A DNA stretch of 44,436 bases. Origin: an uncultured Anaerolineae bacterium (GTDB taxonomy: Bacteria; Chloroflexota; Anaerolineae; Aggregatilineales; J027). Below, piece by piece: positions 26,008 to 34,216 of this stretch. The stretch spans positions 1 through 44,436 of the forward strand of contig CAZKZS010000005.1 in the NCBI GenBank assembly GCA_964557285.1, given 5' to 3'. The translations under genes and the position numbers were made by a program. The notes under the pieces are model-generated. The model ran no database searches. It saw nothing but the letters and a program-made list of their open reading frames with translations, and was not told the DNA's origin. Every line of letters begins with the position of its first letter. Within the stretch, counting starts at the first letter, position 1.

Positions 26008-27689
26008 CAAAATTCCCCTATAACTGCCCGGTTGAGCCGTTCAATGAGAACAAATCCGGCCGCGCAAACCGCCATTAGAAGCACACTCATGGCAAGCGCC
26101 TGCCCATAATTGGCGACTCCGGGCTGCCCTAAAAAGCGAAAAATGACAATCGGGATGGTTGGCTGGTTGGGACGAGCCACAAAACTGGATGCGCCAAATT
26201 CGCCCATACTGATGGTAAAAGCAAAAGTTGCCCCAACTGCGATGCTGCGTGTGATGAGGGGCAGTTCAATCCGCCACCAGCGCGACCAGCGATTTGCCCC
26301 AAGCACCGCCGCCGCTTCACCAATCGACGGTTTTATCGCTCGTAACGAAGGTAATACACTCCGCACCACAAACGGCATGGCGACCAGTGTATGAGCAAGC
26401 GGCACAATCCAGTACGAACTGCGTAAATTCAACGGGGGTTCATCCAGGGTGATAATAAAACCAAAGCCCAGTGTGACCGCGCTGGCGGCCAGAGGCAGCA
26501 TAAAAATGGGATCAAGCCAGCGTGACAAACGGCTTTTCTGGCTGAGCAGATAGGCCGCCAGCGTCCCCAGAATCACAGAAAAAAGGGTGACAAAAAAAGC
26601 GTATTCCAGCGAATTTTGAATCGCGGTGAGAGGCGGCACGGCGCGAAATGAACCACGCGGATTCTCCTGCAACAGTTCATAATAACGGGTGGTGAATTTG
26701 TTATCCCCTACCGTAAACGAACGTTCAACCAGCGCTAGAATCGGAGCAAAAATGAGCAAACTCATCACCAGCAGATTCAGAACCAGCCACGATTTTTCAT
26801 ACCACAGTCGCGGCGGACGGCTCATCTGTGCCTGTAAATTGATGGGTTGGGTCGTGCGGCGCTGTAGCTGCGTGTACACGACCATCATCAGGAGCGTCAC
26901 CGTCAGTTGAATCACCGAAAGCGCTCCGGCAGTGGGCAAATCAAACAGGGAAAGACTCTGGTAATGAATTTCAACTTCCAGCGTGGCATATTTTAAGCCG
27001 CCTAGAATCCGTACCACGCCAAAACTGGTAAAACAAAACATGAATACCAGCGCGGCGGCGGCAGTCACGGCAGGCATGAGGAGCGGCAGGGTAATCCGGT
27101 AAAACACGACCCAGCGATTTGCCCCTAACATCTGGGCAGCTTCCTGAATCCGGCGGCTCTGGTTGCTCCAAAAACTGCTGATGATTCGCAGCACCACCGC
27201 ATAGTTATAAAACACATGTGCCAGCAGAATGATTTCCAGCGAACGTTCCATCTGAATGGGCGGCTCATCTCGATTGAGGAGGGACATCAGCAGCCTATTA
27301 AGCGTGCCGTCCTCCCCCAGCAGCGCGATAAAAGCCGCCGCCACAACCACCGTCGGCAGGACAAACGGAATCGTTGCCAGCGCCAGTAGCAGCGATTTTC
27401 CTGGAAATTGATATTTGGCAAACACATGGGCGGCGGGAAAAGCCAGTGCCAGCGTTAAAACCGTCGAAAGTGCAGCCTGCCAGGTGGTAAACCACAACGT
27501 TTCGCGGTAGTAGGGGCGGCTGAAAATCTCTTGAAAAACTGCAAAATCCAGACGGCCATCCGGTGCAAGACTGAACTGCAAAATTGACCCCAACGGGTAA
27601 AAGAAAAAAAGCAGCAAAAACAGCAGGGGCATGAGCAGCAGCCCACGCCCTGCCGCCCGCCCAATTAGCGTAGTACGGCTTCTGTCCAT
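26007..27689 (-). CDS. thiP: Thiamine ABC transporter permease (fused double permease domain)
   Basis: 560-aa ORF with two tandem ABC importer membrane domains, as in ThiP/FbpB-type permeases. It lies between the binding protein and ATPase genes in an operon preceded by a TPP riboswitch. Confidence 0.75.
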   Translation of the reverse strand: MDRSRTTLIGRAAGRGLLLMPLLFLLLFFFYPLGSILQFSLAPDGRLDFAVFQEIFSRPYYRETLWFTTWQAALSTVLTLALAFPAAHVFAKYQFPGKSLLLALATIPFVLPTVVVAAAFIALLGEDGTLNRLLMSLLNRDEPPIQMERSLEIILLAHVFYNYAVVLRIISSFWSNQSRRIQEAAQMLGANRWVVFYRITLPLLMPAVTAAAALVFMFCFTSFGVVRILGGLKYATLEVEIHYQSLSLFDLPTAGALSVIQLTVTLLMMVVYTQLQRRTTQPINLQAQMSRPPRLWYEKSWLVLNLLVMSLLIFAPILALVERSFTVGDNKFTTRYYELLQENPRGSFRAVPPLTAIQNSLEYAFFVTLFSVILGTLAAYLLSQKSRLSRWLDPIFMLPLAASAVTLGFGFIITLDEPPLNLRSSYWIVPLAHTLVAMPFVVRSVLPSLRAIKPSIGEAAAVLGANRWSRWWRIELPLITRSIAVGATFAFTISMGEFGASSFVARPNQPTIPIVIFRFLGQPGVANYGQALAMSVLLMAVCAAGFVLIERLNRAVIGEF

Positions 27690-28705
27690 GCCTCAATCCA
27701 CTGTTCGCGGCCTGCGTCAATTTCCTCAATGGTCATGCGGGCAGGGTTTTGGGGAATCTGCGCGTACTCGACAAAAAGTTCCGGTAGTTCCGCCTGCGGG
27801 TTGACGGGAAAAACGAACATTTGCAGGGGTATATCTTCCTGAAACGGTTGGCTGAGCAGGAAATCAATGAATTTTTGCGCCCCTTCGATGTTATCCGCGC
27901 CCTTGAGAATCCCTGCAAATTCAATCTGCCGGAAGCAAGTCCCATCTCCGACGACGCTGCCCGTCAGGGCTTCATCCACGGGCGGGTCGGCAAACAGAAC
28001 TTCAACAGGTGGGCTGCTGGCATAGCTCACCACCAGAGGATAATCCCCACCTGCCAGAGTAAATTCGCCGTAATAAGCACTTGACCAGTCCTCCACCACC
28101 AGCACCCCGTTATCGACCAACTCCTGCCAGTAATCGAGATAGGTATACTCGCCTTCCGTGCCAAATTCAGCAATTGTCGCCAGCAGAAAAGCCAGCCCGG
28201 GGGAGGAAGTCGCTGGATTCTGTACCACCAGCAAATTTTTGTAGGCGTCATCAGTTAAATCCTGTAGGCTATCGGGAACTTCGAGATTGTTTTCCGCAAA
28301 GTACCGAATGTCGTAGTTCAGGCAGACATCCCCATAATCAATGGGAGTAACGCGATTTTCTGGGTCAACCTTAAATTCATCCGGTACATTCTCCAGCGCG
28401 GGGGAAAGATACGGTTCAAAAATATCCCCTTCCAGCGCCCGCCCCAGAAAGGTATTGTCGATTCCAAAAATCACATCCCCAAGCGGATTATTCGCGCTCA
28501 GCACCGCCTGATTAGTAAGCGTTCCCGCGTCGCCAAGCTGCAAAACCTCAACCTTAAATCCCGTTTCATCCTCAAAGGCTTTTAAGACTTCCTCACTGAC
28601 ATTAAAACTGTCGTGGGTGATGAGCGTAACGGTGTCTTTCTGTGCTGCGCTGGTGGGCAGCCATAGGACAAATAAAAGCCAGCCTAACAAAAGGCGTTTT
28701 GCCAT
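27665..28705 (-). CDS. thiB: Thiamine/TPP ABC transporter substrate-binding protein
   Basis: Signal peptide MAKRLLLGWLLFVLWLPTSAAQ followed by a TbpA/FbpA-type binding-protein sequence (TLITHDSFNVSEEVLKAFEDETGFKVEVLQLGDAG...). ATG 28705 lies 8 nt after GAAGGAG; the track start 28723 is a GTG inside that RBS region. A TPP riboswitch lies directly upstream. Confidence 0.8.
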   Translation of the reverse strand: MAKRLLLGWLLFVLWLPTSAAQKDTVTLITHDSFNVSEEVLKAFEDETGFKVEVLQLGDAGTLTNQAVLSANNPLGDVIFGIDNTFLGRALEGDIFEPYLSPALENVPDEFKVDPENRVTPIDYGDVCLNYDIRYFAENNLEVPDSLQDLTDDAYKNLLVVQNPATSSPGLAFLLATIAEFGTEGEYTYLDYWQELVDNGVLVVEDWSSAYYGEFTLAGGDYPLVVSYASSPPVEVLFADPPVDEALTGSVVGDGTCFRQIEFAGILKGADNIEGAQKFIDFLLSQPFQEDIPLQMFVFPVNPQAELPELFVEYAQIPQNPARMTIEEIDAGREQWIEAWTEAVLR

Positions 28706-28733
28706 TGTGATTTTCTCCTTCACCAGGCTATCA

Positions 28734-28767
28734 AAACAAAAAAACAGCCCTGTATTAAAGGTACTGT
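28734..28767 (-). terminator. Riboswitch expression-platform terminator
   Basis: The minus strand reads CAGUACCU-UUAAUAC-AGGGCUG (one bulged A) followed by UUUUUUUGUUUU. It lies between the TPP aptamer and the thiB RBS. Confidence 0.55.
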
Positions 28768-28791
28768 TTTAAGAGAGGCGGTTTAATTTCA

Positions 28792-28890
28792 TACCCACTT
28801 CCTTCCTACGCCAGTATGATCTGGGTCAGGTTTAAGGGTCGGTGCGGCGTCACGCACCCTCTCAGCCTGCTAGCGCAGACTCCCCTGGAG
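28792..28890 (-). promoter_or_regulatory. TPP (THI-box) riboswitch aptamer
   Basis: The minus strand reads CCAGGGGAGUCUGCGCUAGCAGGCUGAGAGGGUGCGUGACGCCGCACCGACCCUUAAACCUGACCCAGAUCAUACUGGCGUAGGAAGG. The conserved blocks GGGG.G, CUGAGA, ACCC, AACCUGA and CUGGCGUAGGAA are in the canonical order. Confidence 0.88.
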
Positions 28891-28903
28891 AACAGATATA
28901 GCT

Positions 28904-28932
28904 ATTTTAACAATGACTCAACTGGATACCAA
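28904..28932 (-). promoter_or_regulatory. Promoter of the riboswitch-thiBP(Q) operon
   Basis: The minus strand has TTGGTA (28932-28927), 17 nt, then TAAAAT (28909-28904). This places the transcription start just 5' of the aptamer. Confidence 0.55.
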
Positions 28933-28935
28933 ATA

Positions 28936-30063
28936 TTACTCAGCAGCAAGCAGCTTAAAGCTGAAAGTCGTGCCGACTCCTTCTTCGCTTTCGTACCAGA
29001 TGCGCCCGCCCATGCCTTCTACTTCGGATTTACACAAATAGAGCGCCAGCCCATACCCGTATTCCCGAATCACCTGCGGCTGCCGCGCACGCTGAAATGG
29101 CTGAAAAACACGTTCTGCTTCTTTGGCGCGGATGCCACAGCCCTCATCATTAACATCAAACTGCACATGCCGCCCCTGTGTAGCGGAAAAAACCCGCAGT
29201 TTCACCGGAGAAGGCGCTTCACTGTACATGAAGGCATTTCGCAGCACATCCCGCAGAATATCCCGCAGCATGGTTTTGGGGGCTTTCACTTTTAATTTGT
29301 CGTCCACATCCAGCACCAGCCTGTCGCGGTAAGCATCTGGCGCGATATTGGGATCAACCAGGGCTTCTTCGCTCAGTTCCTCGACAAAATCCTCAATAAA
29401 ATCTGCCACCTGAATCATGGTGCTGCGCTGCTCAATCTGGGCAGGAAGCTGTCCGGTGCGGATGATTTCCAGGCGGTGCAGCAAATCAATCAGCAGTTGG
29501 AGGCGGTGCATCTGGCTGGAAATGACATCTATCATACCCATTGCCCGCTTGCCGAGGTCTTCAACGGTGGTTTTTTTAGGCGGATTATTGAGCAGCTTAC
29601 GGACAAAATCGGCATGTCCGCTGGTGCTGGTGATGGCAGAACGGGCTTCCGCGCGGAATGTTCCCATCAGTTCCATCAGGGCGTGCCAGTCCGGTCGCTC
29701 AATCGAGATGATGGTCAGCACTTTTCCGTTGTCATCTTTCATGCTGGAAGCCCAGCAGGGTGCATTCACGCCGGACAGCAGCATATGAAAGCGAATGGGG
29801 GCGGCTTGATGGATGGCTTTGGCACGAATTTCACTGGCAGGCGGCTGCTCGCCCCGGTTGGCATCGGTCAGCATGGCAAAAGCCGACCAGCCTTCCGAAC
29901 GCATCAACACTAAATTGGGGCCAAGAATTTGTTGGGCAACCGGATTATCCAATATGAGTTTGTCCTGGGCATCAAAAATCAGCAAGCCAGTTCCCATATT
30001 TTGAACTACGGTTTGAAAATTCAAGGCGGCCAGCGCGTCCGACTTTGCCATCGTAAACTCCAT
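28936..30063 (-). CDS. Soluble sensor histidine kinase (PAS-like N-terminus, atypical H-box, HATPase_c)
   Basis: No TM segments. N box LRNAFMYS, G1 VNDEGCGI, F box VFQPF, G2 GYGLAL, and C-terminal GVGTTFSF. The putative phospho-acceptor region TSTSGHADFVRKLL is non-canonical. The second ATG at 30051 (MAKSD) has the better RBS (GGAG). Confidence 0.8.
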   Translation of the reverse strand: MEFTMAKSDALAALNFQTVVQNMGTGLLIFDAQDKLILDNPVAQQILGPNLVLMRSEGWSAFAMLTDANRGEQPPASEIRAKAIHQAAPIRFHMLLSGVNAPCWASSMKDDNGKVLTIISIERPDWHALMELMGTFRAEARSAITSTSGHADFVRKLLNNPPKKTTVEDLGKRAMGMIDVISSQMHRLQLLIDLLHRLEIIRTGQLPAQIEQRSTMIQVADFIEDFVEELSEEALVDPNIAPDAYRDRLVLDVDDKLKVKAPKTMLRDILRDVLRNAFMYSEAPSPVKLRVFSATQGRHVQFDVNDEGCGIRAKEAERVFQPFQRARQPQVIREYGYGLALYLCKSEVEGMGGRIWYESEEGVGTTFSFKLLAAE

Positions 30064-30133
30064 TTCAAAAGTATTGGATTAAGTCTACCACAGGGAGGCG
30101 CTGGCCGCTTATTTTTTAGGGCAAAATTTGATT

Positions 30134-30610
30134 TTATTCAATTGCAAGGATTACAAAATTAATTTCCCCATCGGGCGCCTGCACCTTCACCACGTCTTTC
30201 ACTTTATGATTCATTAGCGCCTGCCCCAGAGGACTTTTATAGGAGATTTTTCCCCGACTGGGATCGGCTTCGGCTTCCCCTACGATCAGATATTCTTCGT
30301 CGGTATCCGTACCTTTTTCGCGCACCCTGACCCGGCTGCCCATGCCCACAATATCTTTGGGGCGGTTTTCATCAATTAAAGTGACCTTGCTGAGGATTTC
30401 TTCCAGACGGGCAATTTCCCCTTCGACAAAAGCCTGTTCGTTTTTAGCATCCTCATATTCGGCATCCTCTCCCAGTTCGCCTCCTTCCGCAAGCGCATTA
30501 TGCAGACGCTGGGCAACTTCTTGACGACGCACGGTGCGAAGATAATTTAAGCGTTCTTCAACTTCTTTTAGACCCTCTTCCGTTAGATAATAGCGTTGTG
30601 GTTGAACCAT
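30134..30610 (-). CDS. greA: Transcription elongation factor GreA
   Basis: 158-aa ORF with an N-terminal coiled-coil (LTEEGLKEVEERLNYLRTVRRQEVAQRL) and a C-terminal domain ISYKSPLGQALMNHKVKDVVKVQAPDGEINFVILAIE. RBS GAAGGAAG. Confidence 0.92.
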   Translation of the reverse strand: MVQPQRYYLTEEGLKEVEERLNYLRTVRRQEVAQRLHNALAEGGELGEDAEYEDAKNEQAFVEGEIARLEEILSKVTLIDENRPKDIVGMGSRVRVREKGTDTDEEYLIVGEAEADPSRGKISYKSPLGQALMNHKVKDVVKVQAPDGEINFVILAIE

Positions 30611-30630
30611 GTTGACTTCCTTCGCAACCT

Positions 30631-30660
30631 AAAATAAAAGAAACCGCCACTAAAGGGCGG
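30631..30660 (-). terminator. Terminator-like hairpin inside the greA leader
   Basis: The minus strand has CCGCC-CUUUAGU-GGCGG followed by UUUCUUUUAUUUU. It ends about 20 nt before the greA RBS and lies downstream of the candidate promoter at 30691-30719. Confidence 0.45.
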
Positions 30661-30690
30661 GTATCCGTGTTTCTCTCCGTGTGGCAGGGC

Positions 30691-30719
30691 AATATATCAT
30701 AAACTCCCCCGCCTGTAAA
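30691..30719 (-). promoter_or_regulatory. Candidate greA promoter
   Basis: The minus strand has TTTACA (30719-30714), 17 nt, then TATATT (30696-30691), immediately after the stop codon of the upstream kinase gene. Confidence 0.45.
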
Positions 30720-30726
30720 GCATTTT

Positions 30727-31566
30727 TCACCCGCCCATCGTCGGTAAGAGAAGGCTGAAGGACGTTCCCTGCCCTTCTTTGCTCTCCCATGAGAGTTCCC
30801 CGTTGACCATTTTCATGCACTCTATCGCAATCGGGATGCCCATGCCGTAGCCTTTGGTCTGTAAAACCTGTTCGTGGTCGCCCCGGAAAAACAATTCCCC
30901 CAGATGCTGCTGGTCGGATTCGCTGATGCCGATGCCGTTGTCGCTGACCGTGACCCGCAGTTTGCCGTTGTCGCTGGTCGCGCTGACCACCACTTCGCCC
31001 TCCCCTTCAGGCGTATACTTAATAGCATTATCAATCAATTTACTCAGGGCGCGTTCTACCCGCCCCGAATCAAGATTTAACATCGGTAGCCCCTGAGGAA
31101 TATCGAACGTCAATTTGACCTGACGGGCTTCCGCTTTTTCAGCAAATTCTTTTTCCAGTTTCATGCCGATATTTTTGAACAAATCCATCTTAGGCTCAGG
31201 GAGCATCCGTCCGGTGGTCATCTTGGTCAGGTCGCTGATGTCGGACAGCAGGTTATCCATGCTAATCACATTATTCCGAATCGTATTGATAAACTGATCC
31301 TGCATGGCATTTAAATCACCGACTACTTTTTTGACCAGCATATCCGAATACCCGCGAATAGTGGTCATCGGCTTCCGAATTTCATGCACAACAAAAGAAA
31401 TAAACTGCCCATGTTCTTTAATGGTTTCATCCATTTTTTGATGTAAATCTTCCGTTTCCTGCTGTACCTGTTCAAGCAGGTGTTGGATTTCCATCAGGCG
31501 GGATTGCTGATCGGCGCTCACCTGGAGGGTATCTAATAATTCCAGCGCTTTAGTTATATGGCTCAT
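30727..31566 (-). CDS. Soluble histidine kinase (coiled-coil + HisKA + HATPase_c, no sensor domain)
   Basis: H-box FISFVVHEIRKPMTTIRGYSDML, N box KLIDNAIKYTP, G1 VSDNGIGI and G2 GYGMGIPIA. ATG 31566 (MSHITK...) forms an ATGA overlap with the PIG-L gene stop; the track start 31590 is less likely. Confidence 0.85.
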   Translation of the reverse strand: MSHITKALELLDTLQVSADQQSRLMEIQHLLEQVQQETEDLHQKMDETIKEHGQFISFVVHEIRKPMTTIRGYSDMLVKKVVGDLNAMQDQFINTIRNNVISMDNLLSDISDLTKMTTGRMLPEPKMDLFKNIGMKLEKEFAEKAEARQVKLTFDIPQGLPMLNLDSGRVERALSKLIDNAIKYTPEGEGEVVVSATSDNGKLRVTVSDNGIGISESDQQHLGELFFRGDHEQVLQTKGYGMGIPIAIECMKMVNGELSWESKEGQGTSFSLLLPTMGG

Positions 31567-32366
31567 GGATTGGATTCTCCTTTTACCCATAATCGCTCCG
31601 CAGCCGGCGCTGCTACTTCCTGAGCATACCTCCGTACCCGGACGGCCATATCTGCCGCGTCATCCCAGAAAGAACTGATTTGCGACTCGTAACACGCAAT
31701 CGCCGCAGTTTTGGCTGCAAGATCAGCCTCAGTCAGAAAAGTCAGCCGGGGCTGCAACTTCTGTTGAAAATACTTTAGCGCGGTCTGAACAGCCTGCGCC
31801 CCCACCTGCTGCTGCGATGAACCATCTGTAATTCGCCGGGCTTCGCCGCCGCTTGCACTATAAGGATACTCCTCATAGTAATAAACCACCAAACCGACGG
31901 GCAACTGCTGAACCAAATGCCGCACCACCAGATGGTCAACATGGCCGCCCACCCCTAGCGGCGCGTAAAGAATTGAAACCCCTTCAGGAATGGGAAGCTG
32001 GTAAAAAAGTGCCGGATCATCGGGATGAATCCTGCCAAAAAGGTGATTATTCACGGTATATAGGGGCTGCCCTGTGGAATCGGTGCGGTAGGGACAATCC
32101 AGCAGATGAAGATGCTGAATCTGCTGTACGCCTAATTTTTGTAGGGCATATTGGTCTTCCTGACGACGGGTTTCATAGGGGGATTCTCCGGCCTGCCAGC
32201 GCTGATGTAAATCACGAACAAGGGGCGTATCGGGTAGGGGGTCGGGCGGATCGCCCGTCATCACCGTGATAGAAATCACCTGTTCCCCACGCTGTACAAG
32301 CTGGTGAATCAGACCACCGCAGCTTAAGACCGCATCATCCAGATGGGGAGAAAGAAAAACGTGCAT
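31563..32366 (-). CDS. PIG-L/LmbE family N-acetylglucosaminyl deacetylase
   Basis: N-terminal MHVFLSPHLDDAVLSCGG (PIG-L zinc-site motif), a later GGHVDH, and C-terminal CYESQ. TAATG overlap with the upstream GAF kinase gene. Confidence 0.8.
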   Translation of the reverse strand: MHVFLSPHLDDAVLSCGGLIHQLVQRGEQVISITVMTGDPPDPLPDTPLVRDLHQRWQAGESPYETRRQEDQYALQKLGVQQIQHLHLLDCPYRTDSTGQPLYTVNNHLFGRIHPDDPALFYQLPIPEGVSILYAPLGVGGHVDHLVVRHLVQQLPVGLVVYYYEEYPYSASGGEARRITDGSSQQQVGAQAVQTALKYFQQKLQPRLTFLTEADLAAKTAAIACYESQISSFWDDAADMAVRVRRYAQEVAAPAAERLWVKGESNP

Positions 32367-34216
32367 TATTCCAGCACAGGCAGGCCAACCGTGAAGGTGC
32401 TGCCTTTTCCTATTTCACTTTCCACCACCAGCGTGCCGTGCATGAGTTCAATCAGGTTGCGCGTAATGCTGATACCCAGCCCCGTGCCGCGCTGTTTGAC
32501 GCTGTATTCATTGGAGGAGCGCCAGAATTTTGTTCCCAGTTTTGAAAGTTCCTCCTGAGACATCCCTACCCCTGTATCTTTGACTCCAATCATCACCTGT
32601 CCATTGTGTTGGTAAGCCCGAATCGTGATTTCGCCGCCTTCCGGCGTGTATTTGTAGGCGTTGCTCAGGAGGTTGATGAGAACTTGAACCACACGGGCGG
32701 GGTCGGCTTTGACGGGAGGCAGCGCATCATCAATTTGCTCAATCAACTGGTGGTCACGTTCCTGAACTTGAATCATGACACTTTCTTTGGCGCGGGCAAT
32801 AACTTCGGTTACATCCACTTCAGTAAGTTCTACTCGCAAATTGCCGCTTTCTATGCGGCTGATGTCACTTAAGTCATCCACAAGCTGGCGCATCCGCAGC
32901 GTACCATCTTTGATTCGGGTGACGTACCCCAATTCTTTTTCACTTAAGTTGCTAAAATGCAGCAGCAGGTCGGCATAACCGGAAATGCTGGTCATAGGGG
33001 CTTTCAGTTCGTGGGCGACAGTCCCCACAAAAACGGATTTGGCCTGATTCGCCTGTTTGACTTCATCGTACAGGCGGGCATTTTCAATCGCAATTGCGGC
33101 GCGGTCTGCGATTCGGGCGACCAATCCCTGCTCATCTGAGTCAAAAGCATCTCCCCGGTCAGCGTAAACCACAATCACGCCAATCGTGCGGTTTTCCCGT
33201 TTAATGGGAACACACAGCAGCGTTCCCGCCGCGTCAATACTGGGCAGGGAAGTCTGGACGATGGGCTGTCCGGTTTCAAAAACCTGCTCAATGAGGGGAT
33301 GGTGCGACGAAAGATACTGCTGACTGTGAATATCCTGCTCGCCTGCCTGTGACATGATTTGCAGTTCCCCACTGCTGTCAATCATGGCAAGGCTGGTGTT
33401 TTTGGCGCTGCACATCCTTAACGCCCATTCCACCGTTAAATCCATGGCTTTTCGCAGGTCAAGCGTTTCGTTTAACTGGCGGTCAATCCACTGGAGCATT
33501 TGCAGTTCCTCAACACGCTGCGCCAGTTTTTCATCCGTTTCACTGAACAGACGGGCGTTGTCAATGGCTACGGCTGCTTGCCCTGCGAAGGCTTCCATCA
33601 GTTCAAGGTCTTTTTCGCGGAACAAACCCGTCCGCACGCGGTTATCCACGTAAATCACCCCGATAATCGTTCCCCGCGCCCGTAATGGGGCAGCCATAAT
33701 GCTGCGGAGTTGATGGGTCACGATGCTGACCTGTCCGGCATAACGCGGGTCTTCGGCGGCGTTGGTCGTAACAATCGGAGTCCCATTTTCAAACACCTGC
33801 CGCGTAATCGTCCGGCTGACGGCAAATTCGCTGCTATCCAGCGTTTCCTGGTCAAGGTTGCGGGCGATGCGGAATTCCAGCACACTGTCATCGTTGAGCA
33901 ACATCAGATAGCCACGTTCCGCGCCAGTCAGCGCGATAATCGCATCCATCACCTGCTGCAACACTTCCTCTAAATCCAGCGTTGAGCCAATCGCCTTACT
34001 TACCTCGTACAACTTGGCAAAACGTTCAGTATCCACCTGACCCTGACGTTCGGAAATAATACTTTCCAGAATCTGGTTAATGGCATCCAGACGCTGCATA
34101 AAATAGGTACGGTCATACTGATTGGCGTTTACCTGACTCCGCAGCAGAGCAATCGTCTGGCGGGCATTGGTCAAACTGGCATCCATATCCGGGCGGCGCG
34201 GCTGGTCGATGGTCAT
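32366..34216 (-). CDS. Sensor histidine kinase with two GAF domains
   Basis: Two GAF-like repeats (…LTGAERGYLMLL… and …SAKNTSLAMID…). H-box FVGTVAHELKAPMTSISGYADLL, N box LLSNAYKYTP, G1 VKDTGVGM and G2 GTGLGISI. ATG 34216 (MTIDQ) makes an ATGA overlap with the nth stop; the track start 34270 lies inside nth. Confidence 0.88.
   Translation of the reverse strand: MTIDQPRRPDMDASLTNARQTIALLRSQVNANQYDRTYFMQRLDAINQILESIISERQGQVDTERFAKLYEVSKAIGSTLDLEEVLQQVMDAIIALTGAERGYLMLLNDDSVLEFRIARNLDQETLDSSEFAVSRTITRQVFENGTPIVTTNAAEDPRYAGQVSIVTHQLRSIMAAPLRARGTIIGVIYVDNRVRTGLFREKDLELMEAFAGQAAVAIDNARLFSETDEKLAQRVEELQMLQWIDRQLNETLDLRKAMDLTVEWALRMCSAKNTSLAMIDSSGELQIMSQAGEQDIHSQQYLSSHHPLIEQVFETGQPIVQTSLPSIDAAGTLLCVPIKRENRTIGVIVVYADRGDAFDSDEQGLVARIADRAAIAIENARLYDEVKQANQAKSVFVGTVAHELKAPMTSISGYADLLLHFSNLSEKELGYVTRIKDGTLRMRQLVDDLSDISRIESGNLRVELTEVDVTEVIARAKESVMIQVQERDHQLIEQIDDALPPVKADPARVVQVLINLLSNAYKYTPEGGEITIRAYQHNGQVMIGVKDTGVGMSQEELSKLGTKFWRSSNEYSVKQRGTGLGISITRNLIELMHGTLVVESEIGKGSTFTVGLPVLE

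Noticed and set aside
30064-30133. Possible terminator between greA and the downstream PAS kinase.
   Set aside because: GGCGCTGGCCGC does not form a stable stem, and the T-run is on the wrong (plus) strand. There is no convincing structure, so the kinase is probably co-transcribed with greA.
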